From Chloroflexota bacterium (GTDB taxonomy: Bacteria; Chloroflexota; Anaerolineae; Anaerolineales; UBA4823): DNA of 64,000 bases. The stretch spans positions 587,432 through 651,431 of the forward strand of contig JAKOUW010000096.1 in the NCBI GenBank assembly GCA_029782365.1, in the 5' to 3' direction. The notes under the pieces are model-generated. The model saw nothing but the letters and a program-made list of their open reading frames with translations. It did not search any database and was not told where the DNA came from. Made by a program: the position numbers and the translations under genes. Positions 18,429 through 27,820 of the stretch are shown here, in pieces. The number at the start of each line of letters is the position of its first letter. Within the stretch, counting starts at the first letter, position 1.

Positions 18429-19541
18429 TCAAGCAGTCAATGCGTTGACCACCAGGCGCGGCACACGCGCATGGATGTGCGTGCACAGATCCGATTGGGT
18501 GACCCCGTACAATCCGGCCAGGTCATGCACGCCGATCTCCTGCTCGCCCTGCCGGCCGATGATCACCACCTCTTCACCCACCGGGTAGGCGCGCGGCAGG
18601 CGCACAGCCAGCGAATCGAGCGACAGGCGGCCCACCGTGGGAAAGCTCTGCCCGCCAATTAACACCCGGTTGCCCGGCACGCGCCGCAGGCCATCGCCAT
18701 AGCCGACCGGGATCGCGCCTATCCATTCTTCTCCCTGGGTGATGTAGGTGGAGCCGTATCCCACACCCCAGCCTGGGGGCAGGCGCCGGCAGGCCGCCAG
18801 GCGCGCTTTCCAGGTCATAGCCGGTCGAAAACCGGGCGGCAGTGGGTCGTCCAGGCTGATGCGCAGGCCCAGGCACAGGTTGCCGGCCCTCAGCATGTCG
18901 AAATGCGCCTCTGGCAGGGCATACACTCCTGCTGAATTGGCCAGGTGCGCCCAGCGCGGCCGCAAAGAGGCAGACTGCAAAGCTTCCAGCGCCTGCCTGA
19001 AACGTCCAATCTGCAGGGCGTTGAGCGGGTTGTGCGGTTCCTCGGCGCAAGCCAGGTGACTGAACACCCCGTCCACGGCCAGCCCGTCCTGCGCCGCCTG
19101 GCGCGCAAAATCCACCGCCTGGTCGGGGAATATTCCCAGCCGCCCCAGGCCGGTGTCCAGTTTCAAATGCACTTTGGCCGCTCTGCCAAGTGCGCGACTG
19201 CGCCCCGCGTACAGGGCCAGCGATTCGGGGCTGTGCAGGGTCAGCGTCACCTCATTGGCAACAAGTTCATCCACTTCGCCAGGCGCCACGGCGCCCAACA
19301 CCAACAGCGGAGCGCGGATGCCGGCCTGGCGCAGGCTGAGCGCTTCGCAGCCGCGCGCCACGCCCAACCAGGCCGCCCCTGCCGCCAGGGCAGCCTCACC
19401 GCACACAGCCGCCCCGTGGCCGTAAGCGTCACCTTTCAGCACCGCCATCAACGGCTTGCCCGCATCGCCTAACACTCGAGTGCAGTTATCAAAAACCGCG
19501 CTCTGGTCGATTTCCAGCCAGGTGGGGTGATCGTCCATCAT
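18429..19541 (-). CDS. alr: alanine racemase
   Basis: PLP-Lys motif MAVLKGDAYGHGA near the N-terminus. C-terminal beta-domain pattern (VGYG..Y......IAIPVGYGDG). 370 aa. Confidence 0.9.
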   Translation of the reverse strand: MMDDHPTWLEIDQSAVFDNCTRVLGDAGKPLMAVLKGDAYGHGAAVCGEAALAAGAAWLGVARGCEALSLRQAGIRAPLLVLGAVAPGEVDELVANEVTLTLHSPESLALYAGRSRALGRAAKVHLKLDTGLGRLGIFPDQAVDFARQAAQDGLAVDGVFSHLACAEEPHNPLNALQIGRFRQALEALQSASLRPRWAHLANSAGVYALPEAHFDMLRAGNLCLGLRISLDDPLPPGFRPAMTWKARLAACRRLPPGWGVGYGSTYITQGEEWIGAIPVGYGDGLRRVPGNRVLIGGQSFPTVGRLSLDSLAVRLPRAYPVGEEVVIIGRQGEQEIGVHDLAGLYGVTQSDLCTHIHARVPRLVVNALTA

Positions 19542-20239
19542 TTACCAGGTAGAGGATCCTGGCCGGGCAGCTCGCTGTGCAGCAGGCCCAGGCGCTGAGC
19601 TTTGGCCAGCGCCGCCGTGCGCGAGTGTACTTGCAGCCGCTCGTATACACCTTTCATCGTGTTGCGAAAAGTGGCCGGCTTAATCTCCATGCGCGTGGCA
19701 AGCTGCTCACTTGTCTCGTCGGGGAACGCCGCGCACAGTTTCAGCGCCTGCCGCTGGCGGTCGGTTAATAACGTGGTTTGCTCCACTTTCTTCGCACTGC
19801 GCAAATAATCATATGCGCCAGGGCTGAAGTAATAACCGCCGTTTTGCAGCACCCAGATCACACTCGCCAGTTTTTCAATTGACTCTGTGTCATTCTTGAA
19901 GATATAGCCGCGCACGCCCATGTCGATCAGGCTTTCGATGATCACCTGCTCGGTGTGCATCGAGATGACCAAAATCTTCAAGGATGGGTGATTTATTACC
20001 AGATTGGGGATGAACGTACGCACCGTGTAATGCGCCTCATTTTTAGCGGACATCGGCACCGAGATATCTAACAGCAGAATATCAACTGGCCTTTGCTCCA
20101 GAATCGGTTCCAATTCATCTGCGAAATGGGCCACACCGCTCAAGCTGAGGCGCTTATCCTGGTTGAGTCGAAACAGGTAACCATCGATGATACTTTGATG
20201 ATCGTCTAAAACAGCAATGTGAACGCGTTGATCTATCAT
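19538..20239 (-). CDS. response regulator, NarL/LuxR family
   Basis: Receiver domain (VLDDHQ...DILLLDISVP...) plus a C-terminal LuxR-type HTH (LTDRQRQALKLCA...SEQLATRMEIKPATFRNTMKGVYERL). Its stop overlaps the alr ATG (ATGA). Confidence 0.9.
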   Translation of the reverse strand: MIDQRVHIAVLDDHQSIIDGYLFRLNQDKRLSLSGVAHFADELEPILEQRPVDILLLDISVPMSAKNEAHYTVRTFIPNLVINHPSLKILVISMHTEQVIIESLIDMGVRGYIFKNDTESIEKLASVIWVLQNGGYYFSPGAYDYLRSAKKVEQTTLLTDRQRQALKLCAAFPDETSEQLATRMEIKPATFRNTMKGVYERLQVHSRTAALAKAQRLGLLHSELPGQDPLPGK

Positions 20240-20267
20240 AAAATTAAGTCATATCGCCGTTTGGGTG

Positions 20268-21407
20268 CTACGCCATCGGCACGCTGAATGACAGGCAGGT
20301 GTGACTGCCGCCTCCAGAGCAAATTTCCAGGCTGCCGTTCAACAACCTGGCGCGTTCGCGCATCCCGACTAAACCAATACCCGGTCGGACGGTATCGGGG
20401 TCAAAGCCTTGGCCGTCGTCTTCAACGTTCACCTGCACCTGCTCGCCAACGGCGTGCAGACTCACCCAGGCTCGCCTGGCGCTGGCGTGTTTAACGATAT
20501 TGGTCAGACCTTCTTGCGCAAAGCGGTACAGATTGATGGCAACCTCGTCCGAAACACCCACCAGGTTGGCGCCAGAATATTCGATCAGCAGGCCGGTTTG
20601 CTCGCCAAAGTCAAAACACAACTGTTTGAGCGCCGCATCGATGCCTAACAGGTCGAGCACTGGTGGGCGCAGGCTGTACACAATGGAGCGGATGTCGCTC
20701 AGGGTGCTCTCAGCGATGCTGATGGCATTCAGCAGGCGCGCGCGCTTCTTTTTGAGATCGCTCGAAGAATCGTTGAGCAAATTTTCCAGGCTCATGCGCA
20801 GGCCGATCAAAGCCTGGCCGGCCTGGTCGTGCAGTTCACGAGCGATAAAGCGGCGCTCTTCCTCCTGTGCCAGGATAACCGCCCGGTAAACGCGTTCGGT
20901 CGCTTTTTGCGCCTGCTCGCGCGCTGCCTGCACTTCGGAGAGCGATTTTCGCAAGGCAATTTCGAACGCCCTGCGAAACTCATCCTGCTCTTTGAGCACT
21001 CTGGCTTCGTGAGCTTCATAATACCCGCGCGTCACCTGACTGCGGTAATAAGCTCCCATATCCAGGATCGCCCGGCTGGCGCGGAAATGGTTCCAAAGGA
21101 AGTCGCGGTTGATATCCATGAAATTGATCACAACTTGCTTGCCCAGTCCCGCGTCGGCCAACTGGGCGCCATGTTCCACCGCGCCTTTAAAACCGGCGGA
21201 AATATACCCAGCAAAAGCATCCGCTTCTATCGCCACAATCTTGGAGGCATGCCGCGGATGAAATTCCAGGCGGTTGCTGAACAGACCGCTGGACAGCGAC
21301 CGGCTGTATTCCTCCACCAATATGCTATGGTTTTCCTCCAACAAGCAGACCAAAACCGCCAGGTGGTCTGGGGGGATGGAGCTTGGAGAAAAAGGCTGAA
21401 CTGGCAT
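20268..21407 (-). CDS. sensor histidine kinase (HisKA_3/NarX-type), no TM segments
   Basis: H-box ARELHDQAGQAL, N-box EGLTNIVKHA, G-boxes DDGQGF/GIGLVGMRERA. The N-terminal ~170 aa is soluble with unknown sensor function. Confidence 0.9.
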   Translation of the reverse strand: MPVQPFSPSSIPPDHLAVLVCLLEENHSILVEEYSRSLSSGLFSNRLEFHPRHASKIVAIEADAFAGYISAGFKGAVEHGAQLADAGLGKQVVINFMDINRDFLWNHFRASRAILDMGAYYRSQVTRGYYEAHEARVLKEQDEFRRAFEIALRKSLSEVQAAREQAQKATERVYRAVILAQEEERRFIARELHDQAGQALIGLRMSLENLLNDSSSDLKKKRARLLNAISIAESTLSDIRSIVYSLRPPVLDLLGIDAALKQLCFDFGEQTGLLIEYSGANLVGVSDEVAINLYRFAQEGLTNIVKHASARRAWVSLHAVGEQVQVNVEDDGQGFDPDTVRPGIGLVGMRERARLLNGSLEICSGGGSHTCLSFSVPMA

Positions 21408-21427
21408 CGCCTTATTGCTGGGATGGC

Positions 21428-22228
21428 TTACTTGACCAGGTAAGCCCCGTACCCTGGGCCCATCGGTGCCAAAAGATCCCGCTCCTCTTGCGTAAACTTA
21501 GAGAGGTCCATCCCGTGCCAATCAAACAAAGATACCCATTCGCCCTTCTCTGTTTTCCAGGGTTTAACCAATTCATCCACCAGCTCAAGAGTGCGCGGGT
21601 TAGATTCCTGGCCAAAAGAGGCGTACACAGCCAGCATATGCTTGATTGCAGGGTGTTCCATATCCCACCCGGTGGATTGGGCATTGTAAGCCAGCACAGC
21701 GCCGGGCGCAGCCCATTCATACAGGGCCTGCATGGCGTGGGCAATCTCATTGTTATTTAAAAAGCCGCTGATGCCCCAAAAACATATCCCGACTTTGCGG
21801 CGGCCGCCCAGGATCTTCTCCACTTCAGGGTTGTTGAGCAGCTCTTCCGGGCGGCCGCAGTCGTTCTCGAAGAAATACACATTGGGCGTATCGCCCAGGA
21901 TCTGCCGGCCGTATTCCACCACCACCGGGTCATAATCTGAATAAATCACGGTCGTGCCGGGGGGAACGGCTTCGTGAATGTGGTCGACCGTAGGCAGGCC
22001 GGTGGCGTAATCGATGATCACGTCGAAGCCGCGCTTCTGGGTAAATTCCCTGGCGATGTCCTGCAATGCCCAGCGCTGCAGGTGGCAGTAGGGAGTAATG
22101 AATGGCAGCAAAGTCATGACTTGGTTTGCCGCCAATCGGTCCACCTCGAAGTTGTGGTTGCCGCCCAAATAATAATCGTACATGCGTCCAGGAGATGGTT
22201 TTGTTGTATCAATGACATTATCCCGCAT
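21428..22228 (-). CDS. SAM-dependent methyltransferase (DUF574-type)
   Basis: N-terminal signature PSPGRMYDYYLGGNHNFEVDR and a Rossmann segment (IIDYATGLPT) are typical of this family. Confidence 0.75.
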   Translation of the reverse strand: MRDNVIDTTKPSPGRMYDYYLGGNHNFEVDRLAANQVMTLLPFITPYCHLQRWALQDIAREFTQKRGFDVIIDYATGLPTVDHIHEAVPPGTTVIYSDYDPVVVEYGRQILGDTPNVYFFENDCGRPEELLNNPEVEKILGGRRKVGICFWGISGFLNNNEIAHAMQALYEWAAPGAVLAYNAQSTGWDMEHPAIKHMLAVYASFGQESNPRTLELVDELVKPWKTEKGEWVSLFDWHGMDLSKFTQEERDLLAPMGPGYGAYLVK

Positions 22229-22348
22229 AAGCTGCTCCTTTTGTAGATGATCTCATTTTAACGTAATTTTGCAAGTTTGTATAAAGAATCATCCGTGCTG
22301 CCTTGATCTTGATGGCCTGGTCGGCCTGAGCGAGTATAATAAGCGACC

Positions 22349-22990
22349 ATGCCGACGTATCACCTGCCTTATTCGGTCCCCTATTACGCCCAGATCGCCA
22401 GCCCCGAGCTGGCCGAAGCAATTTTTGTCCAGGGTCTCGACCCCATCCACGATCCGCACTGGGCTGAGAGCGGCGCGGCAACGCCGGAGGAATACGCCTA
22501 TTGGGTGGAGCGTGCCTGCGGGGTGGCCTGCTTGAAGATGTGCGTGGAAGCGCTGGGCGGTCCGCGCCGCAGCCTGGTGGAGTGGGCGCGCCTGGGCGTG
22601 GCGCGCGGCGGCTACCTGGTGCGCACCAGTCCAGATGGCTCTCAGCACGAAATCGGCTGGACGCACCGCGCTCTGGCCGAGCTGGCGCAGGAGGCCGGTT
22701 TGCACTCCTATCATAAGCCCGCCGCCTTGTTTGAAATAGTAGACGAACTTCTGCAGGAGCACCTGGTGATCGCCTCAGTCTCGTACGAAGCCGGGGACGA
22801 CCGCCTGCCGATCACCAAACAGGGGGGGCATCTGATGGTGATCACCGGGGCGGAGTACGACGAATCTGGCCCCGCCGCTTTTTATGTCAACAATCCATCC
22901 GGACGCCGGGCCAATTTGCAGGCCGGCGCCCGATTAGCTCTCGAACGCTTTGCCCCGGCCTACGCCGGACGCATCATCGCCATTTATTGA
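22349..22990 (+). CDS. peptidase C39-like / papain-fold domain protein
   Basis: YSVPYYAQ...ERACGVACLKMC (Cys in the nucleophile context)...GGHLMVITG (His context). 213 aa. A TATAAT box lies 8 nt upstream of the ATG. Confidence 0.55.
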   Translation: MPTYHLPYSVPYYAQIASPELAEAIFVQGLDPIHDPHWAESGAATPEEYAYWVERACGVACLKMCVEALGGPRRSLVEWARLGVARGGYLVRTSPDGSQHEIGWTHRALAELAQEAGLHSYHKPAALFEIVDELLQEHLVIASVSYEAGDDRLPITKQGGHLMVITGAEYDESGPAAFYVNNPSGRRANLQAGARLALERFAPAYAGRIIAIY

Positions 22991-24042
22991 TGCGCCTCGA
23001 CCGGCCAGGCCGGTGTCTGGATGACCGGCGGTTGGGTCAGGCGACCCTTGGTCCCGCCGTACACCCGCTCGGCGGTGCGCCAGCACACGTCGGCGCGCGC
23101 CTTTTCGGAGAGCAGGTCAAGAAACACATCGTAGCGCTGCAGTTCAGGTCCGAGGCGCTCGAACTTGGTCACCAGGTCTGAGCCCAGGCAGATGCGTTCG
23201 GAATACTTCTCCGTCAGCGCCAACCAGTCGGGGCTGGGCACGCCTTCTGGGCAGATCACCACATCATAAATGATCCACGAGTAATCCACCACCAGATTGG
23301 GGTACTGCTCCAACAGGCGGTCGACCATCTGATAGTAAAAAGGCACATTCACCCGCCGCGACATGCCGCAGTGAGCGAAGATGAAGCGCGTGCGCGGAAA
23401 CTCGGCCACCGCCTCTTCCAGCTCGTGCAGATACGCCGGGTGGTCATTTTTCGTGACCGAGGTGACGTTCTGGTGCAGCAGTACCGGCAGGTCATGCTCA
23501 GCGGCAAACTGGTACACCGGCCACAGCGCTGGATGATTGGCGCGTGCCGTTTCACCGTAGGTGAAGGCAGTCAGATCGTCGTGGCGCAGAAGGATTTCGC
23601 CAATTCCGCTCCACACCTCGGGGTACTGGGCGTAAAGGCGCTCGATGTGCCGCAAAGCAAAGCGGTCCACCGGGTTAAAGCCGCAGATCAATGGGTACAG
23701 GCGCGCCTGCTGGTCGGCTGGCAAGGCGCGCACCATTTCGGCGACGATCACATCGGTGTAGCCATAATAGTAGCAGGGCGAATCGTTGGCCAGGTAATAA
23801 TCAGGCGCCTCTCGCTCCGATAGAGCCCACATCTTCGTGACCGGCAGGCCGAAAATCACCGCCTTGCGGATGTTGGAGCGATCCATGGCATCGACCAGGG
23901 CAAACCCGCCGGGCGTCTCCTGGGTGAAGTTGACCACGTGCAGGTGCGCGTCAATCAGCGGATATTTGCTGCCGCGCAGCGGAGTGAGCGAGCCGGCCGT
24001 CCGGCTCTGGCGTGACCAGGTGGGTATTTGTTCGTGCGGCAT
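22984..24042 (-). CDS. amidohydrolase-family (TIM-barrel metal-dependent hydrolase) protein
   Basis: LIDAHLHV metal-binding motif, later VLLHQN and FAHCG histidines. 352 aa. Confidence 0.75.
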   Translation of the reverse strand: MPHEQIPTWSRQSRTAGSLTPLRGSKYPLIDAHLHVVNFTQETPGGFALVDAMDRSNIRKAVIFGLPVTKMWALSEREAPDYYLANDSPCYYYGYTDVIVAEMVRALPADQQARLYPLICGFNPVDRFALRHIERLYAQYPEVWSGIGEILLRHDDLTAFTYGETARANHPALWPVYQFAAEHDLPVLLHQNVTSVTKNDHPAYLHELEEAVAEFPRTRFIFAHCGMSRRVNVPFYYQMVDRLLEQYPNLVVDYSWIIYDVVICPEGVPSPDWLALTEKYSERICLGSDLVTKFERLGPELQRYDVFLDLLSEKARADVCWRTAERVYGGTKGRLTQPPVIQTPAWPVEAHQ

Positions 24043-24045
24043 GGC

Positions 24046-24801
24046 TCACTCCTCCTGCAGAAGATTCACCAGAAACGCCGCCTCGGCTGTCTCGAGGCGC
24101 TGGTAAACATACTGCCAATCATGAGCGTTGCCGATCAGGCTTTTCAGTTCTTTGGCCTGGAAATGCCCCAACAGGCGCTGGCTGCTCTCGGCCGGCAGGG
24201 CGCGCAGCAGCAGAGCCAGCCCCGGCCCATCGACGACCAGGCTGGCCACGAACGACCAGCCCAGGTTTTCGACCAGGGATTCCTGTAAAGCCGGGCTCAG
24301 TCCGCGCAGGATGGCCGCCAGGTCGGCCGCCTGCCGGCAGAGGCCGCGCACATACGCCAACCCCAGCAGATCGAGAAGGAGATTGTCGCACTGCCCGTAC
24401 ACCCACTCGAGCACCTCACCCAGCTCCTCCGCCGTCTGGATCAGGCGGCGTAAACCGCCTGTCCCGAGTGTGCGCAGGAGCGCCGCCTCCACCTCCTGGT
24501 CGGCCATGGTGGCTAACTGGTCGCGCAGCCGGCCTGCGTTCGATATCACCTGCGCCAGGTCTGCCCCGATGGCATCGATCAAGAATAGCTGGTCAGGGGA
24601 TGATAATGATTTCAAAACCAGCATCAGGCCCGGTCCGTTGGCGATGATCTGCGCCAGGTGCGCTCTGAGCTGGTTCAGCACCTCACGATCACGCTGGCCT
24701 TTCAACACATCCAGGGCAATCGCCAATTCGTTGGCGCTGCCGATCTCGGCACGCTCGTTATCGACGGTGATTGCAAATCGTTCTAAGATTTGGCTGGACA
24801 T
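24046..24801 (-). CDS. hypothetical helical-repeat protein
   Basis: Start chosen at ATG 24801, preceded by GGAGGTG SD; the track ORF starts 30 nt further upstream. Internal ~50-aa repeats (NGPGLMLVLKSLSSPDQ... / DGPGLALLLRALPAESSQ...). Confidence 0.6.
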   Translation of the reverse strand: MSSQILERFAITVDNERAEIGSANELAIALDVLKGQRDREVLNQLRAHLAQIIANGPGLMLVLKSLSSPDQLFLIDAIGADLAQVISNAGRLRDQLATMADQEVEAALLRTLGTGGLRRLIQTAEELGEVLEWVYGQCDNLLLDLLGLAYVRGLCRQAADLAAILRGLSPALQESLVENLGWSFVASLVVDGPGLALLLRALPAESSQRLLGHFQAKELKSLIGNAHDWQYVYQRLETAEAAFLVNLLQEE

Positions 24802-24839
24802 AACACCTCCAAAAGCTTGCTTCCGGCACATCCGGCCGG

Positions 24840-25526
24840 CTATTCGACATACACATACCTGGCGGGCGCAAAACCCAGCATGACCTGTTTTTCCCCCACT
24901 TGCAGAGTCATGGTCTGGTTAAAAGTCAGCACCTCGAGCACCTTGATCCCCGCTCCCGGCATGAGCCCGTTGTCGTGTAAAAACTTGAGCAGCGCCTGGT
25001 CCTCTTCGCCGAACTCATGCAGACGGCGCATCACGCCCTGAGCCCCTGCGGGCAGTTCGGCCAGCGGCTTCCATTGCTGTGCGGCCGCTTCACAGCCAGG
25101 AAAAGGGTTGCCGTGCGGGCAAAATTTGGGGTTGTGCAAGATGTCCACCAGGCGCTCTTCCAAAAGTGGTGAAATGGCGTGTTCCAGGTTGTGCGCTTCG
25201 GCATGGATTTGCAAAAAAGGCACTTTTAAGACTTTCAACAGCAGCCACTCAATCAGCATGTGCCGCCGCACAACCGAATCGGCAGCCGCCCGGCCGGTGG
25301 CTGTGAGATGCACCCCCTCCTGGCGTCCCCTGCCGGCGATCCAGTTATCGCGCTGCATGCGTTTGAGCGTCATGGCAACCGTGGCGGGCGTCACCTGCAA
25401 AATCTCAGCCAGCCGGGCGGCCACGATCTCGCCGTGATCGCGCTCCAGCACGTGCATGGTCATCAGGTAATCTTCCACCGTGTGCGTCGGGCGGGATTGT
25501 TCAGTTTGCTCTGGAAAATGTGACAT
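24840..25526 (-). CDS. DtxR/MntR-family metal-dependent transcriptional regulator with C-terminal FeoA/SH3-like domain
   Basis: N-terminal wHTH (EDYLMTMHVLERDHGEIVAARLAEILQVTPATVAMTLKRM), metal-site region (HAEAHNLEH), C-terminal FeoA-like segment. Confidence 0.85.
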   Translation of the reverse strand: MSHFPEQTEQSRPTHTVEDYLMTMHVLERDHGEIVAARLAEILQVTPATVAMTLKRMQRDNWIAGRGRQEGVHLTATGRAAADSVVRRHMLIEWLLLKVLKVPFLQIHAEAHNLEHAISPLLEERLVDILHNPKFCPHGNPFPGCEAAAQQWKPLAELPAGAQGVMRRLHEFGEEDQALLKFLHDNGLMPGAGIKVLEVLTFNQTMTLQVGEKQVMLGFAPARYVYVE

Positions 25527-25570
25527 TCATCACCCCAAATTAGCGCGTAACAGCCTGTACTGTATTTTTT

Positions 25571-25588
25571 TGTTAGTGTATACTAACA
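25571..25588. promoter_or_regulatory. inverted repeat TGTTAGT-N4-ACTAACA, candidate DtxR-family operator
   Basis: Perfect 7-bp arms sit between the divergent dtxR-like gene and feoAB. The TTAG...CTAA half-sites resemble IdeR/DtxR boxes. Confidence 0.55.
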
Positions 25589-25645
25589 TCAATCATTATC
25601 CTGCTCTATCTTATTCTATCATCATCAAAAAGACTGTCAAGCTGT

Positions 25646-25900
25646 ATGAAGGAAAATCCCATGAGCCTCCTGGATGTCAAACAAGGCAGTTGGAGCAAAG
25701 TGCTGCGGGTGGAAGGCGGAGCCGCCCTGGCTGCCGCCCTGCGCCAGTACGGCGTGTTCCCCGGCGACCGCATCCGCGTCCTGCGCAGCGCGCCGCTCGG
25801 CGGGCCGCTGTTGGTGGAAGTGAACGCGCGTGAAGTCGCTCTGGGACGCGGTGTGGCGGCCTGCGTCGTTGTGGAGGCAGAAGCGTGCGCATCGCTCTGA
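25646..25900 (+). CDS. feoA: ferrous iron transport protein A
   Basis: 84 aa. LLDVKQGSWSKVLRVEGG...LRQYGVFPGDRIRVL...VEVNAREVALGRG is the FeoA SH3-like pattern. It overlaps the feoB start. Confidence 0.85.
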   Translation: MKENPMSLLDVKQGSWSKVLRVEGGAALAAALRQYGVFPGDRIRVLRSAPLGGPLLVEVNAREVALGRGVAACVVVEAEACASL

Positions 25901-27621
25901 TCGGCCAACCCAACTGCGGCAAGAGCACGCTGTTCAACCAGGTGGCAGGCTACAAAGCCGAGACCGGCAATTTCAGCGGCACCACAGTCACTTTCACCGA
26001 AAGCCGGGTGCGGGTGCGCGGCAAGATCATCGACCTGGTGGACCTGCCCGGCACCTATGCCCTGGAAGGCACCAACCCTGCCGAACGCGAGACCCTCAAG
26101 TACCTGAACTCCAACGAAGTGGATGTGATCATCAATGTGATGGACGCTTCACGCATTGCGCAGGGGCTGGAACTGACCCTTGAACTGCTCGCCTTGCACA
26201 AACCGCTGGTGGTAGCGCTCAATATGATGGACGAAGCCGCCCGCCTGGGCTTTCGCATCAACGGTCCCGCTCTGCAAGACTGCCTGGGTGCGCCCGTCCT
26301 GCCGTTGATCGCCAGCAGAGGGCGCGGCATCCAACCATTGTTCATCACAGCTCTGAATTTGGGCGGTCAGCCTGCCCCCGCCGCCGACCCCGCCCTGGCA
26401 GTTGAGTCTCCTTTTCAGCGCCACCAGCTTTCCGAAACCCTGGCCGGGCGCTACGTGGAAAAAGGCGCCAGCCGGGCGCACTGGCGAGATCGCCTCGATG
26501 ATCTGCTTCTGCACCCCGTTTGGGGCTACGCCGCCTTGATTTTGATTTTATTTGTTTTCTTCCAGGCGGTGTATGGATTGGGCAGCGCCCTCGAACGACC
26601 GGTGCTGACTTTCTTCAACTGGATGAACGCTGGGCTGACGGCGCGCCTCAGCCTGGATACATTCTGGGGCCAGCTTGCCTCAGGACTCCTGCAGGGCGTA
26701 TCCGGTGGTTTTGCCATTGTCCTTCCATACCTGGTGCCTTTTCTGGTCGGCCTGGGTCTGCTGGAAGATATCGGTTACCTGCCGCGCATTGCTTTCTTGA
26801 TGGATGCCCTGATGCACCGCCTGGGCCTGCACGGCAAGGCGATTGTGCCGTTCATCCTGGGCTATGGCTGCAATGTACCCTCAATTATGTCTACACGCAT
26901 TTTAGAGGAGCCCAAGGACCGCTTTATTGCCTCCGCACTGGCTGTCTTGGTGCCCTGCGCGGCGCGCCTCTCGGTCGTCTTCGGCCTGGTGGCTTTTTAC
27001 CTGGGGCCGCTGTGGGCGCTGGTTATTTACCTGTTCAATATTGTGGTGATCGCCTTCGTTGGCCGCCTGCTCACATATCTACTGCCTGAAAAAACTCCCG
27101 GTCTGATCATGGAAATGCCGGTGTACCGCCTGCCCACCCTGCGCACCGTGACCAACAAAGCCTGGTTTCGGGTGCGTGAGTTCATCGTCGAAGCCTGGCC
27201 ACTGCTCATCGTCGGCAGCGTGGCGCTCTCCACACTCACATATTTTCAACTCAGCCCCTGGATTGACGGCCTGGTGCGCCCGGTCACCTGGCTGTTAGGC
27301 CTGCCCGCCGCCACCGGCGTGCCGCTGCTCTTCGGCGTACTGCGCAAAGAGCTTTCGCTGATCATGCTGCGCCAGGCGCTGGGGGTCAATGATTTCTCCG
27401 CCGCCCTGACTTCCGTTCAAATGCTGAGCTTCACCGTTTTCGTCGTCTTTTACATCCCCTGCCTGCCCACCCTGGCCGCCCTGCGCCGTGAGCTCGGTTG
27501 GCGATCCATGCTCGCCATCGCCGCCATGACGGTGGTGGTCGCCACCCTGGCCGCCCTGCTGGTGCGCGGCGGCGCGCTTGGACTTCAGGAGGTTCGGCAT
27601 TTCCTGAGCCTGGGCGGTTAA
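25885..27621 (+). CDS. feoB: ferrous iron transporter B
   Basis: N-terminal G-domain (IALIGQPNCGKSTLFN, DLPGTY, NMMD) followed by a polytopic membrane domain. GTG start. Confidence 0.9.
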   Translation: MRIALIGQPNCGKSTLFNQVAGYKAETGNFSGTTVTFTESRVRVRGKIIDLVDLPGTYALEGTNPAERETLKYLNSNEVDVIINVMDASRIAQGLELTLELLALHKPLVVALNMMDEAARLGFRINGPALQDCLGAPVLPLIASRGRGIQPLFITALNLGGQPAPAADPALAVESPFQRHQLSETLAGRYVEKGASRAHWRDRLDDLLLHPVWGYAALILILFVFFQAVYGLGSALERPVLTFFNWMNAGLTARLSLDTFWGQLASGLLQGVSGGFAIVLPYLVPFLVGLGLLEDIGYLPRIAFLMDALMHRLGLHGKAIVPFILGYGCNVPSIMSTRILEEPKDRFIASALAVLVPCAARLSVVFGLVAFYLGPLWALVIYLFNIVVIAFVGRLLTYLLPEKTPGLIMEMPVYRLPTLRTVTNKAWFRVREFIVEAWPLLIVGSVALSTLTYFQLSPWIDGLVRPVTWLLGLPAATGVPLLFGVLRKELSLIMLRQALGVNDFSAALTSVQMLSFTVFVVFYIPCLPTLAALRRELGWRSMLAIAAMTVVVATLAALLVRGGALGLQEVRHFLSLGG

Positions 27622-27751
27622 GGGAGGCTTCCCCTCTGCCTGCCGGGTTTGCACGGCTGGCTGCAGATGGCCACATCTTTGTCAAGGACAACGCCCCACT
27701 GCCAGGAGTTGTTTTGATGTATTTCAAGGTCCGTGCAATTTAATTGACCTC

Positions 27752-27811
27752 TTGACAGACTGCTCCTTTTATTGTAAACTACAAACTAGTTTGCAATACA
27801 AACATGTTTAC
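27752..27811 (+). promoter_or_regulatory. candidate promoter (TTGACA-17-TAAACT) with overlapping palindromes (AAACTAGTTT; GTAAAC...GTTTAC)
   Basis: TTGACA at 27752-27757 and TAAACT at 27775-27780. The perfect 10-bp palindrome at 27783-27792 sits at the predicted transcription start. It lies upstream of the operon that encodes a small wHTH regulator. Confidence 0.45.
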
Positions 27812-27820
27812 GGAGCAGTT

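Noticed and set aside
24012-24883. Plus-strand ORFs of 211 and 251 aa (Pro/Arg/Gly/Ser-rich)
   Set aside because: They are antisense to the helical-repeat gene, which has a strong SD. The translations are low-complexity.
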